From assembly GCA_947570215.1 (NCBI GenBank), contig CANOTO010000001.1:70730-134729 (forward strand): a DNA stretch of 64,000 nt. The letters are read 5' to 3'. The position numbers and the translations under genes are program-made. Each line of letters opens with the position of its first letter. Within the stretch, counting starts at the first letter, position 1. Source of the stretch: an uncultured Clostridia bacterium. Lineage in GTDB: Bacteria; Bacillota; Clostridia; Christensenellales; CAG-314. The notes below the pieces were generated by a model. The model was not told the origin of the DNA. It saw only the letters and a list, made by a program, of their open reading frames with translations, and made no database searches. Positions 19,125 to 30,300 of this stretch are shown here, piece by piece.

Positions 19125-20167
19125 TTTATTTCGCCCTGTTTAAGCATTTGATTACATATTACGTACGCCAAAATATTTTCCCCGATTACGCCGACGTTGG
19201 GAACAACACATGTATCCGCACGCTCGAAATGCGAGGGAACTTGTTGCAGCGTTTTGCTGTCTAATGTATTTATTCCCTTGACGGTGGGAACGGGCTTTAC
19301 CGTCAAACGGCAGATTACATCCTGTCCCGTGGTTATCCCCGCAACTATCCCGCCGCAGTTATTTGTAGCGTATTCTATCCTGCCGTTTACCGCGTGCAAG
19401 CCGTCGGCTATTTCTCTGCCGGTTACGTTTGCATACCTATCGCCTGCGCCGAAGCTTATGCCCTTGACGGACGGTATACCCGTAAGGTTGGCAGCTATTA
19501 CCGCGTCCAAACGCTCGGAATAGGGAAGCATCTCTCCTACTCCCATAGGCACTCCCTTTGCCCCCACGGTAACGACGCCGCCAAGACTGTCGCCCTTGTC
19601 CCTTGCCGAGGCAATTTTGTCCAGCATAAGCCCTGTGGCGTAACGGCAGGGGCAATGCAGCGCGGCAAAGTGTTCTTCCTTCTCGGATACGCCGAAGCGG
19701 TATCTGTTGCGAGAAGCTATTCCGCCTATTTTGTTTACGTAATGATAAGTATAAATTCCGTACCGTGCCAAAAGCTGCTTGCATATTGCGCCCAGTACAA
19801 CGTAGCAAACGCTGCTGCGCGCGGAAGCGACTTCGTTAAGCTCGCGTACGGTTTTGTCCTTATAACGGGCTTGTCCAACCACGTCAACGTGTCCGCTGCG
19901 CAAAGCGGTTATGTCAGGCCGGACTTCTACTGAACGGTTGGGGACATAAAACTCTACGTCGCCGTTTACCATAACAGTATGATCCCCGCCCACAAATTGT
20001 ACAATATCGTCGTACGCCTGACGGGCGGAACGTCCCGCGCCGCATTTGCGCGCCTTCAACTGCGCGTTGACGTAGGAAACGTCAAATATAAAGCCTTGCG
20101 GAAGCCCCTTGATTACCCCGCCGTAGCCGCTGCCGTGCGACTGTCCGTAAAAAGAAAAGGTTATCAT
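19121..20167 (-). CDS. aroC: Chorismate synthase
   Basis: YGQSHG, RSGHVD, SARSS, GDSLGG, TNNCGGI..G.TTG, KPVPT, ERADTCVV. Confidence 0.93.
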   Translation of the reverse strand: MITFSFYGQSHGSGYGGVIKGLPQGFIFDVSYVNAQLKARKCGAGRSARQAYDDIVQFVGGDHTVMVNGDVEFYVPNRSVEVRPDITALRSGHVDVVGQARYKDKTVRELNEVASARSSVCYVVLGAICKQLLARYGIYTYHYVNKIGGIASRNRYRFGVSEKEEHFAALHCPCRYATGLMLDKIASARDKGDSLGGVVTVGAKGVPMGVGEMLPYSERLDAVIAANLTGIPSVKGISFGAGDRYANVTGREIADGLHAVNGRIEYATNNCGGIVAGITTGQDVICRLTVKPVPTVKGINTLDSKTLQQVPSHFERADTCVVPNVGVIGENILAYVICNQMLKQGEIK

Positions 20168-21660
20168 TGCTCCTGCTTCCACTCCTTGGGACATACGCGG
20201 TGCTGCTTGAACCAATCGGTATCTTTAAGCTTATCGCCGTTATTGGTGAAAGACGTTTTGATTGTTTTGATATCCGCGCTGTCGCAGGCGATGACTATGT
20301 TTCCGTTCATAGACTTTACGGTTCCGCGAGTGGACCAACCCGTATCGGCGTAAAAGTCCACTACCGTAGTTACGTACACCCGGTCCGTATAGGGCGCGAC
20401 GTTATCCACGAATTGCTGAGTGGGAAACTGGTTTTCGTTCGCCTTGGTGTATTCGCCGGTTCCCGCACAGCAGCATACGCACACGTATTCCGGACTTAAA
20501 GCCGCCATCAACGCCTTGGTAGACGACGTTTTACTGCCGTGATGCCCCGCTTTGTACAGTACGCAATGCGGAAGCGCGTCGTGTCCGTTGCTGTTGGAAT
20601 AATACTCAATTAGCTTTTCTTCCCCTTCCTTTTCAAGGTCGCCCGAGAAGAAATAATGATTAACCTTGCCGTCGTTTTCGGCGGAATCGGGACTGGCGAA
20701 ATCGTAATCGTTGGCGTACTGATGCAGCATAACCGTTACGGAATAGTTGTTTTCGTCGTTAGACGAGTGGTCGTAAAAATAATTATACAGTATTTCCAAT
20801 TCTACCGTATCTGACAGTTTGTAGATACGACGAGCGTCCCCTTGGTTATTGTAACACGAAAGCGCCGAATAACGCTTCGCTCCGTTGGCAACCGCCTTTT
20901 CGCGCTTTTCCAAATAATTGCCGTAAAGGGTTTTACCGCCCTTTTCGGTAGTTTCTTTTAGGTTGGTTAACGGAAAATCTATTATCGTACCTATATCGAA
21001 CGCTTCGAAAATGCCCGTCGCTTCCTTGGTGCCCACAAAGCCCGCTATATGGTCTTGATGGGCGTGGGTGGCTATTACGTATTCCAACTTGCCGTCGGTA
21101 ACGTATTGATTGACGTATTGCGTAATAATTGCCGACGACGAATTGCGGCTGCCCGCGTCTATCAAAACGTCCGTATCGCCCGCTTTTATGTACACGCTGT
21201 CTCCGACGTACTTATTGCCCAACTCCAAAAAATGAACGGACAAATCGTTCTGCTTGATAACGGCTGCGTCGTAATCTACGTTTTGCGAAGCGGAAGCAAT
21301 GTAGCCGTCCTTGCCGTATATAAGCGTGTTCATCCAGCCGCCCAAATAGCAGTAGATACTTATACCGACAAAGGCAATTACCATTATAACCGCCAGGACT
21401 GTAAAAATCTTTTTCTGCTTTTTGTTGGAAGCGCGCTTTGCGCTTGTGGCGGTTGCGGAAATAACGTCCAATACGGCATCCTGATTATCCTTAAAGCTTT
21501 TGTCCGTATCGTACTTTTTAGCCGCCTTAACAATGCGGTTTACATTGGTTTTAGTCGAGCTTCTGCCCGAAGACTTTTTCTTGCCGTACGCCGATTTTTT
21601 TGCCGACGACGATTTACCTGTTGAATTTTTACTTCCGTTAGACGTTTTCTTCTCTGCCAT
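20164..21660 (-). CDS. Membrane-anchored ComEC/Rec2-like metallo-beta-lactamase-fold hydrolase
   Basis: Basic N-tail plus TM; GDSVYI, LIDAG, THAHQDHIAG, NNYS, FSGDLE, KAGHHGS.TSS. Confidence 0.88.
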   Translation of the reverse strand: MAEKKTSNGSKNSTGKSSSAKKSAYGKKKSSGRSSTKTNVNRIVKAAKKYDTDKSFKDNQDAVLDVISATATSAKRASNKKQKKIFTVLAVIMVIAFVGISIYCYLGGWMNTLIYGKDGYIASASQNVDYDAAVIKQNDLSVHFLELGNKYVGDSVYIKAGDTDVLIDAGSRNSSSAIITQYVNQYVTDGKLEYVIATHAHQDHIAGFVGTKEATGIFEAFDIGTIIDFPLTNLKETTEKGGKTLYGNYLEKREKAVANGAKRYSALSCYNNQGDARRIYKLSDTVELEILYNYFYDHSSNDENNYSVTVMLHQYANDYDFASPDSAENDGKVNHYFFSGDLEKEGEEKLIEYYSNSNGHDALPHCVLYKAGHHGSKTSSTKALMAALSPEYVCVCCCAGTGEYTKANENQFPTQQFVDNVAPYTDRVYVTTVVDFYADTGWSTRGTVKSMNGNIVIACDSADIKTIKTSFTNNGDKLKDTDWFKQHRVCPKEWKQEQ

Positions 21661-21682
21661 AGTGTTCTCCGCGTGTAATATT

Positions 21683-23374
21683 CTATGCCGTGACGCTCGG
21701 CTCTGTTTCGTCGTTTTTCCACTGCGGCGGACACGCGCGGTTTTGTTTGAACCAGTCGGTATCCTTAAACAGCGTGTTATTGTTGGAGCAGTTTACAAAT
21801 ACGCCGTCGGAATTGGAAGTTACGACGATATTACCGTTTAACGGCGTAGATGAAGCGCCTGCCACATTTTGATTAGTCATAAACACCATATCTGTGTATA
21901 ATGCCGTGCGATCGATAAACTCCTGTGCGGGGAAGCCGTAACGACCTTCGCCGCAACAAGTACATACGCAAACCACTTTGGGTAATATTTTATCCATCAA
22001 AACAATGTTGGACGACGTTTTGCTACCGTGATGCCCGCCCTTGAACAACACTACGTTAGGCAAATTGTTATATCGAACCAACTTGTCTTCGGCTTCGCCT
22101 TTCTCGTTTTCCAAATCCCCCGTAAACAAAAAGTGATTGACATAGTTTTTATTATTGGGATTGTCTACGTGTTCAAAATCGTAACCGTCGCCGTATTGAT
22201 TAAACATCAAACATACGGAATAATTATTATTGTTACTCGTGCTGTGATCGTAATAATAGTTATACAGCACTTCCATTTCGATATTATCCGTCAGTTTGTA
22301 AACCCGCTGAGCGCCTTCCGCGGAGTTATTGTAACATTCCAACGCAGTAAAAACGTTTACGCCTTTTTCTGCAAGAGCCTGACATTTGTTTTCAAACCTG
22401 GTTTGGGTTGCGGTTTTCGTGCCGTTTTTATCAGTATAGTAGCCCGCATACGTAATGATGGTATCAAATTGATACTTATCCAAAATTCCGTTAGATTCGC
22501 CCGAACCGGCAAGACCTGCGATATGGTCATTGTCGGAATGCGTAGCAATTACAAATTCCAATTTGTTATCGGTTACTAAATTATTGTCCGCAAGATATTT
22601 TGGAATTGATGTTGAAGCGGCTGTCGTGCTGCCCGCGTCTATAAGAATATCTACGTCTCCCGCCTTTATGAAAATGCTATCGCCGGGAGAATTGTTTGTT
22701 ACAGCCAAAAAGTGTATTTGCAGCTCTCCGCCGACCATTGCCGTGTTAACGATTTTTACCGAGCCGTCCCGCTGTAACATTCCGTAATCGCCGTAGTCTG
22801 CGACTTCCGTCTTTTTTGCCACGATTTTAACGGTAAATGCGGTTTGCTTAGTAACTCCGTTTTCGTCGTAGGAAACGTTTACTGCGCACTCGCCTGCGAC
22901 TGCGGAGCTGAAATTGCCTACGGAAAAGCTTGTAACAGACTTGCTGCCGCCGTCGTCGTAGAATGCGGTTACCGTAATATCGGCATTGTTCAAGATTCCG
23001 CCGACGTAAATATCGCCGCCGTTATATACCGCGGTAATATGCGTAAGCGCCGGGGTATCTGGCTTGGCTGCCGCAACGGTAACCTTAAAGCTTGCCGATC
23101 GCATAGTCTTGCCTTCCGTATACTTGACGATAACGGTTTTGTCCCCTGCGGAAGAAAAGTCGTAGGATAACTCGTAGTCGTCTACACGCTTTTCCGTGCC
23201 GTCGCCGTAGCGCGCCGTAACGGTTATAAGAGACTTGTCAAGAGTCGCCCCGATTTGAACTTCGCCGCCGTCGTAGCGCGCGTCAAGCCCCGTATACGCG
23301 GGGCGGCACGCAGAAGCGCATATTAGGCAGCAGCACAGCGTTGCCGACAATAAAAATACCAAAAGTTTTTTCAT
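21683..23374 (-). CDS. Lipoprotein with two bacterial Ig-like domains and ComEC-like MBL hydrolase domain
   Basis: Lipobox SAC; ITVTA.Y.DG repeats; LIDAG, THSDNDHIAG, FTGDLE, KGGHHGS.TSS. Confidence 0.88.
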   Translation of the reverse strand: MKKLLVFLLSATLCCCLICASACRPAYTGLDARYDGGEVQIGATLDKSLITVTARYGDGTEKRVDDYELSYDFSSAGDKTVIVKYTEGKTMRSASFKVTVAAAKPDTPALTHITAVYNGGDIYVGGILNNADITVTAFYDDGGSKSVTSFSVGNFSSAVAGECAVNVSYDENGVTKQTAFTVKIVAKKTEVADYGDYGMLQRDGSVKIVNTAMVGGELQIHFLAVTNNSPGDSIFIKAGDVDILIDAGSTTAASTSIPKYLADNNLVTDNKLEFVIATHSDNDHIAGLAGSGESNGILDKYQFDTIITYAGYYTDKNGTKTATQTRFENKCQALAEKGVNVFTALECYNNSAEGAQRVYKLTDNIEMEVLYNYYYDHSTSNNNNYSVCLMFNQYGDGYDFEHVDNPNNKNYVNHFLFTGDLENEKGEAEDKLVRYNNLPNVVLFKGGHHGSKTSSNIVLMDKILPKVVCVCTCCGEGRYGFPAQEFIDRTALYTDMVFMTNQNVAGASSTPLNGNIVVTSNSDGVFVNCSNNNTLFKDTDWFKQNRACPPQWKNDETEPSVTA

Positions 23375-23384
23375 CGTTTTTCCG

Positions 23385-24197
23385 TTATTTTATTTGCAGT
23401 ATTTCCTTTATTTCGTCCATTTTGGCTTTCGCCGCGCGGTAGCCTTCTTCAATCATATCGTCAATATGGTCGAGAGCGGTATTTTTGTAAGCGGACAATT
23501 CCGGCTCTATTACTACGTCGCTGTTCATTTCGCCCTTGTACATTGTGGACTTGGTTGTAATACTCCAAGTTGCAACAAGCGTATCTTTAAGCTTGCGTGA
23601 CGTTGTGCCTTTACCGCGGTTATGGTTGAGATCTACGCCTACAACCACGTCCGCGCCCATTCGTCTGCAAACGTCGGCGGGCATATTGTTCAACAGTCCG
23701 CCGTCTACAAGTAGCATATCGTCAATTACGACGGGAGTAAACAGGGCGGGTACGGCGCAGGAAGCGGATACCGCCGTCGCCACGTCGCCGTCGTTTAGAA
23801 TAACTTCGTTACCGCTGCGTATGTCTACAGCAACGGCAGAAAAAGGAATATCGAGCTGTTGAAAAATAGCTCCGCCAAGAAGTCTGTCCGCTATGGCGCG
23901 GATATTAGCGGAATCAGAGCCTATCATAAACTTCGAATTAAGCACGTCCTTGCGTTTCAGCGCCTTGGCTTCGTCCGTCATTCTTTGCAAAGATACTCCG
24001 GCGCAAAAGCACGCGCCTACGAGCGCGCCCGCGCTGGTGCCCGCTACAACGTCTATACGTATACGTTCTTCGGCAAACGCTTTGATAACGCCTGCGTGCG
24101 CGAGTCCGCGAGTTCCGCCGCCTGACAACGCCAAACCTAATTTATAGCGCGATTTTACAAAACCGTCGTCGCTTTTTTTACGCGCGAATATTGCCAT
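23385..24197 (-). CDS. Patatin-like phospholipase
   Basis: LSGGGTRGLAH, GTSAG, ASCAVP, DGG. Confidence 0.93.
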   Translation of the reverse strand: MAIFARKKSDDGFVKSRYKLGLALSGGGTRGLAHAGVIKAFAEERIRIDVVAGTSAGALVGACFCAGVSLQRMTDEAKALKRKDVLNSKFMIGSDSANIRAIADRLLGGAIFQQLDIPFSAVAVDIRSGNEVILNDGDVATAVSASCAVPALFTPVVIDDMLLVDGGLLNNMPADVCRRMGADVVVGVDLNHNRGKGTTSRKLKDTLVATWSITTKSTMYKGEMNSDVVIEPELSAYKNTALDHIDDMIEEGYRAAKAKMDEIKEILQIK

Positions 24198-24203
24198 ATA
24201 CAA

Positions 24204-24232
24204 ATTATACAATACGTTGACGATTTTTGCAA
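24204..24232 (-). promoter_or_regulatory. sigma70 promoter of patatin gene, leaderless geometry
   Basis: TTGCAA-N17-TATAAT-N6-ATG on minus strand. Confidence 0.7.
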
Positions 24233-24296
24233 TGGTTTAACCGCTTTGCCGCCGTAAACAAAAAAACCACTTTACAGTGGTTTTGCAATGTCACGA

Positions 24297-25634
24297 TTAG
24301 GAATTTTGATCCGCGTCGTTTTCAAAAGTTTCGATAGAGACGCTCTCGACATGTGCAATCGGTTTCCATTCGACCTTTTTGAATATTGCGACAACGGAAA
24401 TAGGAATATACGTCAGCATAAATAACGGAAACGTAAATACGTACAATATTTTTTTCCACCAAGACGTATGTATTTTCTTCCACTCTGTAACGCATATAGA
24501 CAGAGAAATGATAAGCATCATTCCGTATACGGAGGCAAAGTTTATGAGCAACGACAAACAAGCAAACCAAGCATTAGCCAAATCTCCCATACACAAAGCC
24601 ACGACGGAAGTAACGGGCAAGACGGTTAAGGTTAAAAGCGAAATTAACAATGCGGGAAATATTGTGGTAAATATATCCCAACAAGAAAAATGCTTAAAAA
24701 AGCCGGAGACTAATCTGCCGCCGTATTTACCGAATACTTGATAAAAACCTTTCGCCCAACGCTCACGCTGCTTCCAAGATTGCGCAAAAGTTTCGGGCTG
24801 CTCGTCGAACAATTCGGCGGTACTGCAATAAGCGACCTTTCTGCCGGACAGCGCGTACGCCGTCGAACACTGAATATCTTCCGTCAACGTAAAAAAGTTC
24901 CAATTACCGAATTCCTGAACGACGTTTCTCGCAATTAAAAAACCCGTTCCCGATATCGCGCAAGAATTATGCAGCATCATACGGGCATTATTCAAATGTC
25001 TCGCTTCGTGTAAAAACCAATATCCGTATCCCGAAGTAATCCAATTCTTACCGATATTCTTAGAGTTTCGATAAGATGTTACCATATCGTAACCGCAATC
25101 GTAGGTTTTGTTCATTTCATAGATATAGTTAGACCTTATTACGTTGTCCGCATCTAAAATAACGTAAGCTTCGGGGACTAAATCTGCGTACTGTTCTTCA
25201 CTGTGAAGCTTAGTGAAAAAATAATTGAGAGCGTATCCTTTACCAATCAATTTATCGTCAAACCGCTCTATTACTACACACCCTTTGTCGCGCGCAATCT
25301 GAGCCGTATCGTCGGTACAATTGTCTGCGATTACGAATATCGAAAGCAATTCTTTGGGATAATCGTTATTCCAGACGCTGTCGATAAGATTTCCTATTAC
25401 TTTACTTTCGTTCCGAGCGGATATTACAACGCCTATCCGATGATTTTTTATCTCTCCGTTCTTCTTTTTTACCTTGCAATGCTTTAATGTGCCTATTAGC
25501 AAATAAAACATCTGATGCACGTACATAACAAAAAAAATCAGCGCGATTACATTGACAAAATAGTATATAAAAGCTTCGATCGGAGCATTGAAAGGTATAT
25601 GCCCGTTATATTTTATTAAATCTACAATTAGCAT
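24297..25634 (-). CDS. GT2 family membrane glycosyltransferase
   Basis: SARNE, ADNCTD, GKGYAL, DAD, LTED, QRERW (QxxRW); N- and C-terminal TMs. Confidence 0.92.
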   Translation of the reverse strand: MLIVDLIKYNGHIPFNAPIEAFIYYFVNVIALIFFVMYVHQMFYLLIGTLKHCKVKKKNGEIKNHRIGVVISARNESKVIGNLIDSVWNNDYPKELLSIFVIADNCTDDTAQIARDKGCVVIERFDDKLIGKGYALNYFFTKLHSEEQYADLVPEAYVILDADNVIRSNYIYEMNKTYDCGYDMVTSYRNSKNIGKNWITSGYGYWFLHEARHLNNARMMLHNSCAISGTGFLIARNVVQEFGNWNFFTLTEDIQCSTAYALSGRKVAYCSTAELFDEQPETFAQSWKQRERWAKGFYQVFGKYGGRLVSGFFKHFSCWDIFTTIFPALLISLLTLTVLPVTSVVALCMGDLANAWFACLSLLINFASVYGMMLIISLSICVTEWKKIHTSWWKKILYVFTFPLFMLTYIPISVVAIFKKVEWKPIAHVESVSIETFENDADQNS

Positions 25635-25679
25635 TTTCTTACGTACCCTGAAATTTTCAAGAATTTTAAGCCCGACAAA

Positions 25680-27308
25680 TCAAACGACAGCTTCGAAACA
25701 GGCGCTCGGTATCCACTTTGCGTTTTCGAAGTCTCTGCCCAACACTAAAACCTTATTTTCGTAAACCCTTACGTAATACCCCTGTGAACCGCGTAAATAT
25801 TCGCCTGTCGGAATATAATAGCTGCTCCACAGATACGCTACGGACGCCGTATTGAAAATATTGGGCAAGCCGTCGGACTTGTCGTGCATCGAACCGCGAG
25901 TATTCATGTCCCAATGGCTGTGTCCGTTAAACATATATATCTGCGGATATTTAGCCACTATACTTCTAAACTGTTCGTTCTGAACAATCCCGTCCCAGCC
26001 TTGTCCTTCGAAGCTTCCGGCAATCGTATCGTACAACGACTGATGCAAATACACGAAAACGGGCTTACTCGGCTGTGACGCAGTGAGCTCCTGCATTCTG
26101 TTATCGAACCACGACAGCTGATTTTGCGATAAATCGGCATCCAATCCGTTAGACTTGGATTCGCTGCCCAAAAACAAATGGTAATAGCCGTCGATAACCC
26201 TTTCATAATATACCGAGTCCGTCTGAGCATACGTCATAAAGTTCTGCGCAAGCGTAAAATAGCTTTCGGAGCCGTATAGATCGTGATTTCCCAACGAGAA
26301 ATAAAACCTTGGCAAGCGAGCAACCGAAGCAATCAATTCGTTCGCGTGTCTCCATTCGTAATCACGCCCGGAATTGGCTATGTCGCCCACGACAAATACT
26401 CCGCTGCTTTGCGGACTGTTCGAGACGATATCGTTACACATTGCAAGAAAATGCGCGTCGTGCAATTGTTTTGCGTCGGCGCTTGCCAAATGAGTATCCG
26501 CAACCGCTATATGAACGTCGCTTACGACTTGAAATTCCGTTATAAGCTTGCCGCCGAATTTATACTGACAGTCTGTGGGCAATATGACTTCGCAGTAATC
26601 TGCGCTCATACCCAAACTGTTTTTACCGTACGCAAGCAATCTCGTAGCTTCGGAGGGTATAACGGTATTTGCGTACATTCTAAAAGAAAAACGTCTGCTT
26701 GTAACGAAAAACGGGGCCAGACATGTGTAATCGGGCAACGCACCGTTTTCGTCAGCCCAATACAAAACTACTTCTTCGGCGCAAGAGTTTTCGCCGAAGG
26801 TTATATCCAAAACGCCGTCAGCCAACCCGTCGCCGACATTTTCCAATTTATAAACTACACTTTGGGGCGCCTGCGGCAAAGCAAGACTTTTCTTGGATAC
26901 GCTGAATTTTACCGTTTGTAAAATTATATTATCCGTACGGTTATTAAATAAAATAAGCTTATACTTTCCGCGCGGAATATTGCGGAACGCTTGACGACTT
27001 TCGTTATAAACGCTGCAACGTCTGAAAGCATACGTTTCGCCCGGCACAAATCCGTTTTTGCAAACGTCTAAGTGTCTTATTGCTTCGACCTTGCTTACGT
27101 CGTCGATTTCACGATACAAGCCTATCCAAGCTTCCTGCTCGCCCTTGGCGGAAAAATAAATCTCTTCCCCGTCCAAATATTCCTTTTTATTTACGCTGAA
27201 AATATCGTTGCCGTTCAAATCATTCGGATTGCAGCCAAACAGCAACACAATAGACACAACGGAAATTATGCAGATTATTAAAGCGCAAAGTCTGTTTTTC
27301 GACGACAT
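25680..27308 (-). CDS. Lipoprotein, calcineurin-like metallophosphoesterase
   Basis: Lipobox FGC; SDVH, GD, GNHD, H, GHSH motifs; start codon uncertain. Confidence 0.88.
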   Translation of the reverse strand: MSSKNRLCALIICIISVVSIVLLFGCNPNDLNGNDIFSVNKKEYLDGEEIYFSAKGEQEAWIGLYREIDDVSKVEAIRHLDVCKNGFVPGETYAFRRCSVYNESRQAFRNIPRGKYKLILFNNRTDNIILQTVKFSVSKKSLALPQAPQSVVYKLENVGDGLADGVLDITFGENSCAEEVVLYWADENGALPDYTCLAPFFVTSRRFSFRMYANTVIPSEATRLLAYGKNSLGMSADYCEVILPTDCQYKFGGKLITEFQVVSDVHIAVADTHLASADAKQLHDAHFLAMCNDIVSNSPQSSGVFVVGDIANSGRDYEWRHANELIASVARLPRFYFSLGNHDLYGSESYFTLAQNFMTYAQTDSVYYERVIDGYYHLFLGSESKSNGLDADLSQNQLSWFDNRMQELTASQPSKPVFVYLHQSLYDTIAGSFEGQGWDGIVQNEQFRSIVAKYPQIYMFNGHSHWDMNTRGSMHDKSDGLPNIFNTASVAYLWSSYYIPTGEYLRGSQGYYVRVYENKVLVLGRDFENAKWIPSACFEAVV

Positions 27309-27312
27309 ACGT

Positions 27313-30300
27313 TTACTCCGCGGCACTTACTACTCTAAATTCGAATTGCGACTCAATCGTATAACCGCTCGAATTGAACAATACGACTTTATATACGCCT
27401 TCCGTCAAAACCGGCAAATCGTTAGGCGAGTTCGGAGTGCGTGCTTCCGCCATAATATCGTACGTTCCGCCCGAAGCGTGAGTTGCGTCAACAGCGTAAT
27501 ACCACCTAACGGACGGAACCGCCGCAATGTCGGTCTGAGAAACGGGATATAAACCTATCCACCATCCTTCACCTTCGGGTGCGTACGCCGTAACGTAAAC
27601 GGATTCTCCCGATACGTAAACGTCTTTATCCGTGAAGATAGTTCCGATTGTCGGTTGCTCATCGTCCGTTCCCAGTTGAATATCGAGTTGTTTCACTATC
27701 TTAACGGCATAGCCGTAGCCTGCAAACAAAACCACCTTGTAACTGCCGGCACGCAGAGTCAAGCTTTCGGACATTGCCGTTTGCGCAAGCAAGTCGTAGC
27801 CTTCGCCCGAAACGTGATTAGCATCCTCGACTTTGTACATGTAAAGCGCGTTCTCCAACGAAACTTCGTTAGCAGACTTGAACAACCCTACGTAATAAGT
27901 AATTAGCGAACCTTCAGGCTGCGTTGCAGTAGCCATTATAGGAGCGTTAAGATCGTACTTATTAGCGTCCAATTCAAGCGTAGCCGACATATCTACAACC
28001 AGTTCGTTTACCGTGAAATACACCGTTTCTTCCACATCGTAACCGGAAGTGTTAAACAAAACAAATTTGTAGTCGCCGGCCGGAAGGTTGAAGTATTCCA
28101 AACGGTTGATATTTGCAATTTGTTTGCGTATATCGTAGGCGATTCCCGATAAGTGGTTGTCATCTTTAACGTAATAGTAGTAAATAGAGCCTACCGACGA
28201 ATAATCGCCGTCAACAGCATCGTCGGCAAGGTACAAGCCTACCCACCAAGATGATGGAAGCGAATCGGCAGGTGCAAACGCCTTCACAAATACGTCTTCC
28301 CCTTCCGTATACGTAGTTTTATCGGTAGACAGCGGCTTGATATCGCTTTCCGTTACAGTTAAAACGGCGTAACGACGCTCCAGCTCGACACCGTCGGCAT
28401 CGCTAAACACGGCGATAGCTTCGACTTTGCCGATTTCTGTTAAAGTATTGTTAAAGTAACTTACGCTGACGCCGTTAGGTAATTTGCCGGTTATAAGCAA
28501 TTCGTGCGCTTCTCCGTCGTACATAATGGTACAGTCTTCGAATCCAACGCCGCTTAAATCCACCGTTCCGCTGTTTTTGAATGACGGCAGAACCGTTACT
28601 TCCACGCTGTAAACGTATTCATAGCCGCTATCGTTGAAATAATAGATGACGTAATCTCCGGAAGGAAGATATTCCTCGAACGATTCGCCGCGGCAATTAA
28701 CACATTTATCGTTCAAACGCGAGTTAAACGCTCCGCAATCAATGCATACGGAATACAGCTTGTTGGAAATCTGTTCCTGTAAACAGTACGTGCGTGTAAA
28801 GCTGTCACCCCTCTGATTGATATAAAAGTACATATACGAGATTTGACCTTGGTCCGTATTACCCGGAATTGCGCCCTTTTTGTAAATGCCGACCCAAGCC
28901 CCGCCTGACAAGTTTTCTGTTTTAATATCTACCGTGACATAAATATTTTCGCGGAAGTTATAAACCGTTTTGTTCGTAGACAGCTTGCCAACGGTAATAG
29001 TCGCGGATCTACGCCCTACCACATTGCCGTTTTTGGTAAATGTGGCGATTATTTCTTTTGTTCCCACTTCCGTTAAAACCGGCGGTTGACTATACGAGAC
29101 TTCCACACCGTCCGGCAGATTAAACGCTTCTATACGTTTTTCCGTTCCGTCGTAAAGGAAATTGGCGCTGTCGAACTTGATTTGCGACAAATCAACAACG
29201 TCTTCGTATTCGTACACTATGTCCGCCTTGACGGGAGTCGCCTTGTCCCAATCGAATTCGCCGTCAAACCAGTTCGTACCGAAGACATCCAGCAAATCCA
29301 TATACGATTTTACTCCGCCGTTGGCGTAGCTCTGCTCCTTGCCGTCCGTATCGACGTATCTGACGTATTGAAGGAAATCCTTCGAAACTACGTCGGAGTA
29401 CTGAGTGTCTATATACTTATAAAGCTCGTACGCAGGCTTCGGCTCACGATTGATGTCCAATAAACCGAATCGGGTATGTCCGGCCAGTTCGTTTTTGTGG
29501 TCGAATAGCCGATAGTAACAAAATGCTTTGACAGTATCTAACTGCGACAGTTTGTACCAAATAGCAGCGATACATCCCGCTTGATTATTTTTGTCTTGTT
29601 CGTCGTCGTCAAAACTGGAAACGCCTTGTTCCGTCAAATAAACATTGCGCGTTTTGCCGTTTACCTTCATTTTGTCTTGCTTTAAGAATTGGTCTATCAG
29701 TTCTATATTGGAAAACGTTATTTTGCCCGATGTTTCGAAATCGTTAGTCATTCCGCCGCCCAAGCCCGTTATGGCGCTGATAGGCTTTTTGCCGTTAATC
29801 GTATCGTTATAAAAAACTTCGGACAACGCCAATCCGTAGGTATAGCAGTGAGGAGCAATTCCCCAATCGTAATCGCCTTCCAATTTGGTTTTTACGTTTA
29901 ACCACTCTACCATAGCCTTGGGTGCGTAAGACGACACCTTGTCGTCAAGCTCGGAGTAGCCACGATTAGCCCAAGACTGCGTAATAGGCATGCATACGGT
30001 TATATCCTTGTGGTATTTTTTTAGCGACAAATTAGATAAACGAAGCAACCGCGAATACTCTTCCATATAAACGTCGAGTGACGCGTGCTTTTCGGATATT
30101 CTGTTGTAGTCGCGAGCGTAATCGATTTCGTTGCCTATTACGAAATTAGCTATATAGCCGTTAGGCAATCCGTTCAAAGAATATCTTTCCGCAAAGAATT
30201 CCATCATTGCAACGAAGTATTCGAATCCGTATCTATTGGAAGTGTTAAGCCCCACTAACGGCGGAACACCTTGTCCGCTGACAGCCATAGTAGCCCACGG

